NCBI RefSeq assembly: GCF_009914755.1
Contig: NC_060925.1
Direction: 5' to 3' (one strand)
DNA length: 64,000 bases
From: the human T2T-CHM13v2.0 reference genome, Homo sapiens
The notes under the pieces are model-generated. The model did no database searches and was not told where the DNA came from. It saw nothing but the letters and a program-made list of their open reading frames with translations. Below, in pieces: positions 61,100 through 64,000 of this stretch. How positions within the stretch are numbered: the first letter of the stretch is position 1; each line of letters begins with the position of its first letter. A program made the translations under genes and the position numbers.

Positions 61100-62999
61100 T
61101 AAAGTCTTATATTAATCCCCACTCCCTCTTTTCGGTCATCTCAACAATTTATCCAATGCTGATTACTTTCATGTATATTCAGTATTAACATGCATTTATT
61201 TAATCTTGCAAGCCATTCATTCATTCTCTTATCATGCCCCAATTTAGCTAATAGATCTCTTAATTGTCTATTTTCATTTTTACTTAGTCTATTACTTTGT
61301 AGATAAAGTAGACAACAGTCTATTGCATATGATGCTTGTTAGCTTTCTATTGTATTTCACCTGCAGTAAAATGCCTACAATGACTGTAAAAGATTCCAAA
61401 AAAAAACTCACAAAGAAAAACCTCATAAATACCTGACAAGCTCTAACATTCCAGTATAAACTGCAAGATAAACTGACTATAAAACACAGGCGTAAATACC
61501 TGACCATCCTGGTATAAACTTGTCACATATAAACTATTTAAAATTGATAAACATTATGGCTTTTATTTAGAATAATTGATCTGCTTCCTTTGTCAGAAAA
61601 ATATTCGTGGCTTTCAGAAACCTTGGTAATCATAATAATTCAAAGTTAGGGTCCCATTGATATCATACATGTCTGGCTATTTCCAATTTAAGAAATTTAA
61701 CAAATAATGCTGTACTATTGCTAAGCTAAATATCATTTATCAAAGTTTATTGTATAATTTTAACATGTGAATATTGTAATGACATAAATTATAAGGTAAT
61801 AGCCTTGCTTTTAACCACTTTTTTTTTCTCTGTATCAGTACATTATTGACTGATAGAATAACACTTCCTGAAAAGGAAGCTGAATTGCAGAAAACATACA
61901 AAATATCACAATTTCTAAAATGTTAAAATCATTGCAGACTGCAAAATAACACTTTTACTTAAAGATAGTTTAAAATACCAATGAAAATTAACATTGCTTT
62001 ACCACCAAAGAAAATTGTCAACTCACATTCATTTATGCAACATATCTGTCTGTAATACAATTCTGATTTAGGGATTGGGACACCAGAATTAGGAATTTAT
62101 AGTCCCTGACCTGTAGAATGTAACAGGTTTTTTAATAAATCAAAAATGTAAAATAAATAAGTATTCACAATGCACAGAAAAAAAATAGAAAATACGAAAA
62201 AATATTTTTGCCCCCAAAAATCAACACAATCTATCAGAACAGAGATTTGGAAACTCTGCTTAAAGAAATAGACTGAACTTCAGGCCAGTAAAATTCAGAC
62301 TATTATCTGTTTTAAATACACTAAAATCAGGAAGAATATGCCACTTAGACAGGGGGTACCTCAGTCACTTAAATATACAGAGAAAAAGAGAGTCATATAC
62401 AGGGAAAAAGGGGGAAAGGTCAGTAGTTTTACTCCAATTAACAAAGGAACTACTCAGAAGAAGAGTTTTATCAGGTTTACAGGATTATCAGCTCTGCCTG
62501 AAGGCACATCCCTATTGCTGAGGTAGTTGTGTCCAGTCATTGGAGCTTAATGTCATAAAATATTGAAATTACACAATGGATATAAATCTACTTGTTCTGA
62601 TTCCATGCTCATCAAGCATCTCCCTGATAATTTGGTTTTCATTATAGCTTAAATACAGAGAACAAAGGTACTTAACAGACAAATGTGAATGTCAAGTCAG
62701 TTTCACAGATATTTCTCATTTTAAGTTGACAGAATGGCCACTGTGAGGTCTCTTAGTGTGAGTTAGCATCTTTACATCCAATCATTCTTATTAACAGAGT
62801 CGTGGTTGAGGCTGGATTCTGAGCACATATAGCTCAGGGTCTGACTCTGCACTGTGGCGAGGTCACCAGGCAAATAAATGAATACCACCCTGTGGCAATG
62901 TGTATAGGTGACCTGCTGACCTACCACATGAAAACACCTATTCATCCTCATTACATGTGTTCTTAAATCTTCTAAACTGAAGAAGGCCATATCATAGAT

Positions 63000-63430
63000 G
63001 TGCAGACAGCATACCTAACTCTACCTGGAGCACATCATAAGGGATGAAAGAGTAGGAGCTAACCCTTCAGCTGAGGCTTGACTTGGCCTAGTAGCTAAGG
63101 GAGGGAAGAGTACTCTAGAAAGAAGAAATTTCCCTTGCAAACAGCTGACAAGTGTGAGAAAACTTGGGAAGAACAGACTTTGGAAAGTCTGCAACACCAT
63201 GTATGCTTTGGGGAGAGATAAGAGATGACATTGGAAATGCGGAACACGACAAAATGATGAGGAATTTGTATGTTTTCAAATCAATTATGAAGTATATCAA
63301 GTGTCTGTCATGCCCTAGGTTCCATTATAGACCTTTGAGACACATCATTGAATGGGAAGTTGGAATTTGTAGTATAGCCAATGAAGATTAAAAACATTTA
63401 GCCAGAGAACTGATATGTTTCTTACAAAGA
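63000..63430 (-). mobile_element. L2 LINE fragment
   Basis: acctaactctacctgg...cagctgagg...gggaagagtactctagaaagaagaaa purine-rich antisense L2 pattern. Confidence 0.5.
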
Positions 63431-63449
63431 CATTCAATACAAATGGTAG

Positions 63450-64000
63450 TGTACAGAAGAGAGTTTACATAGCAAGCCTGAGAATGCTATCCTCAGAAAG
63501 AGCCACTTATAAGATTAGCTTTTGGCTTGTGTCTGGGAAGTTGGATTTCAAGATCCTCAACATTCCCTAACTTATTAAAATGGCTCTGCCTAAATTGTTT
63601 ATACAAATAGTGTGGTTGCTCAGGGAACACCTGCTTTCCTTCTGAGAACTTGGAATTTTGGTAAGTAAAAGACAGAGGGTGTCTGCATGACCAATCAACT
63701 GCAGAAACATTGGGCACTGGGTCTCTAATGAGCTTGCCTGGTAAACAACGTTTCATATATGTTGTCTGAAATTAATGCTGAAAACATTAATCATGTCCTG
63801 TGTGTCTCCACAGAGAGAGGACTCTTGGAAGCTTGTACCTGGCTTCCTCTCAGACTTTACTTCATGTACCTTTTCCCTTTGTAGATTTTGCTTTGTATCT
63901 TTTAGCTATAATAAATTTCATTTGTGAGTGCAACTATATGCTGAGTCCTGCAAGTCATTCTAGCAAATCAAAGAACATGGAGGGTGGTCTTGGGGATCCC
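63450..64000 (+). mobile_element. MER68/MER21-group ERVL LTR (runs to window edge)
   Basis: TGTACAGAAGAGAGTTTACATAGCAAGCCTGAG start, gggtctctaatgagctt, gagaggactcttggaagcttg, aataaa, tatatgctgagtcctg...ggtggtcttgggga. Confidence 0.85.

Overview
Human genomic DNA (supported by an L1HS-Ta element and an AluYd8-type element), AT-rich, intronic or intergenic. I find no host protein-coding exon, RNA gene or CpG island that I can support. All long ORFs in the track are LINE-1 ORF1/ORF2 or Tigger1 transposase remnants, or Alu and low-complexity artefacts. The window is a stack of transposable elements: a full-length but inactivated L1PA4-like LINE-1 (48134-54297, minus); three 5'-inverted (twin-primed) L1s; a near full-length Tigger1 carrying a human-specific L1HS-Ta0; seven Alus; many solo LTRs (some nested three deep); several DNA-transposon fossils; and L2/MIR remnants. 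Subfamily names come from my recollection of consensus sequences and need RepeatMasker/Dfam confirmation. I found no convincing new biological system. The best leads are: (1) candidate polymorphic human insertions (L1HS-Ta0, AluYd8); (2) an unexplained perfect 23-bp inverted repeat containing TTAA in both arms and enclosing a MIR (7568-8018); (3) a twin-primed L1 with a ~2.3-kb gap at the inversion point; (4) a ~105-bp twin-primed L1 inserted into the TSD of an older L1; (5) four local fold-back or templated-insertion scars.
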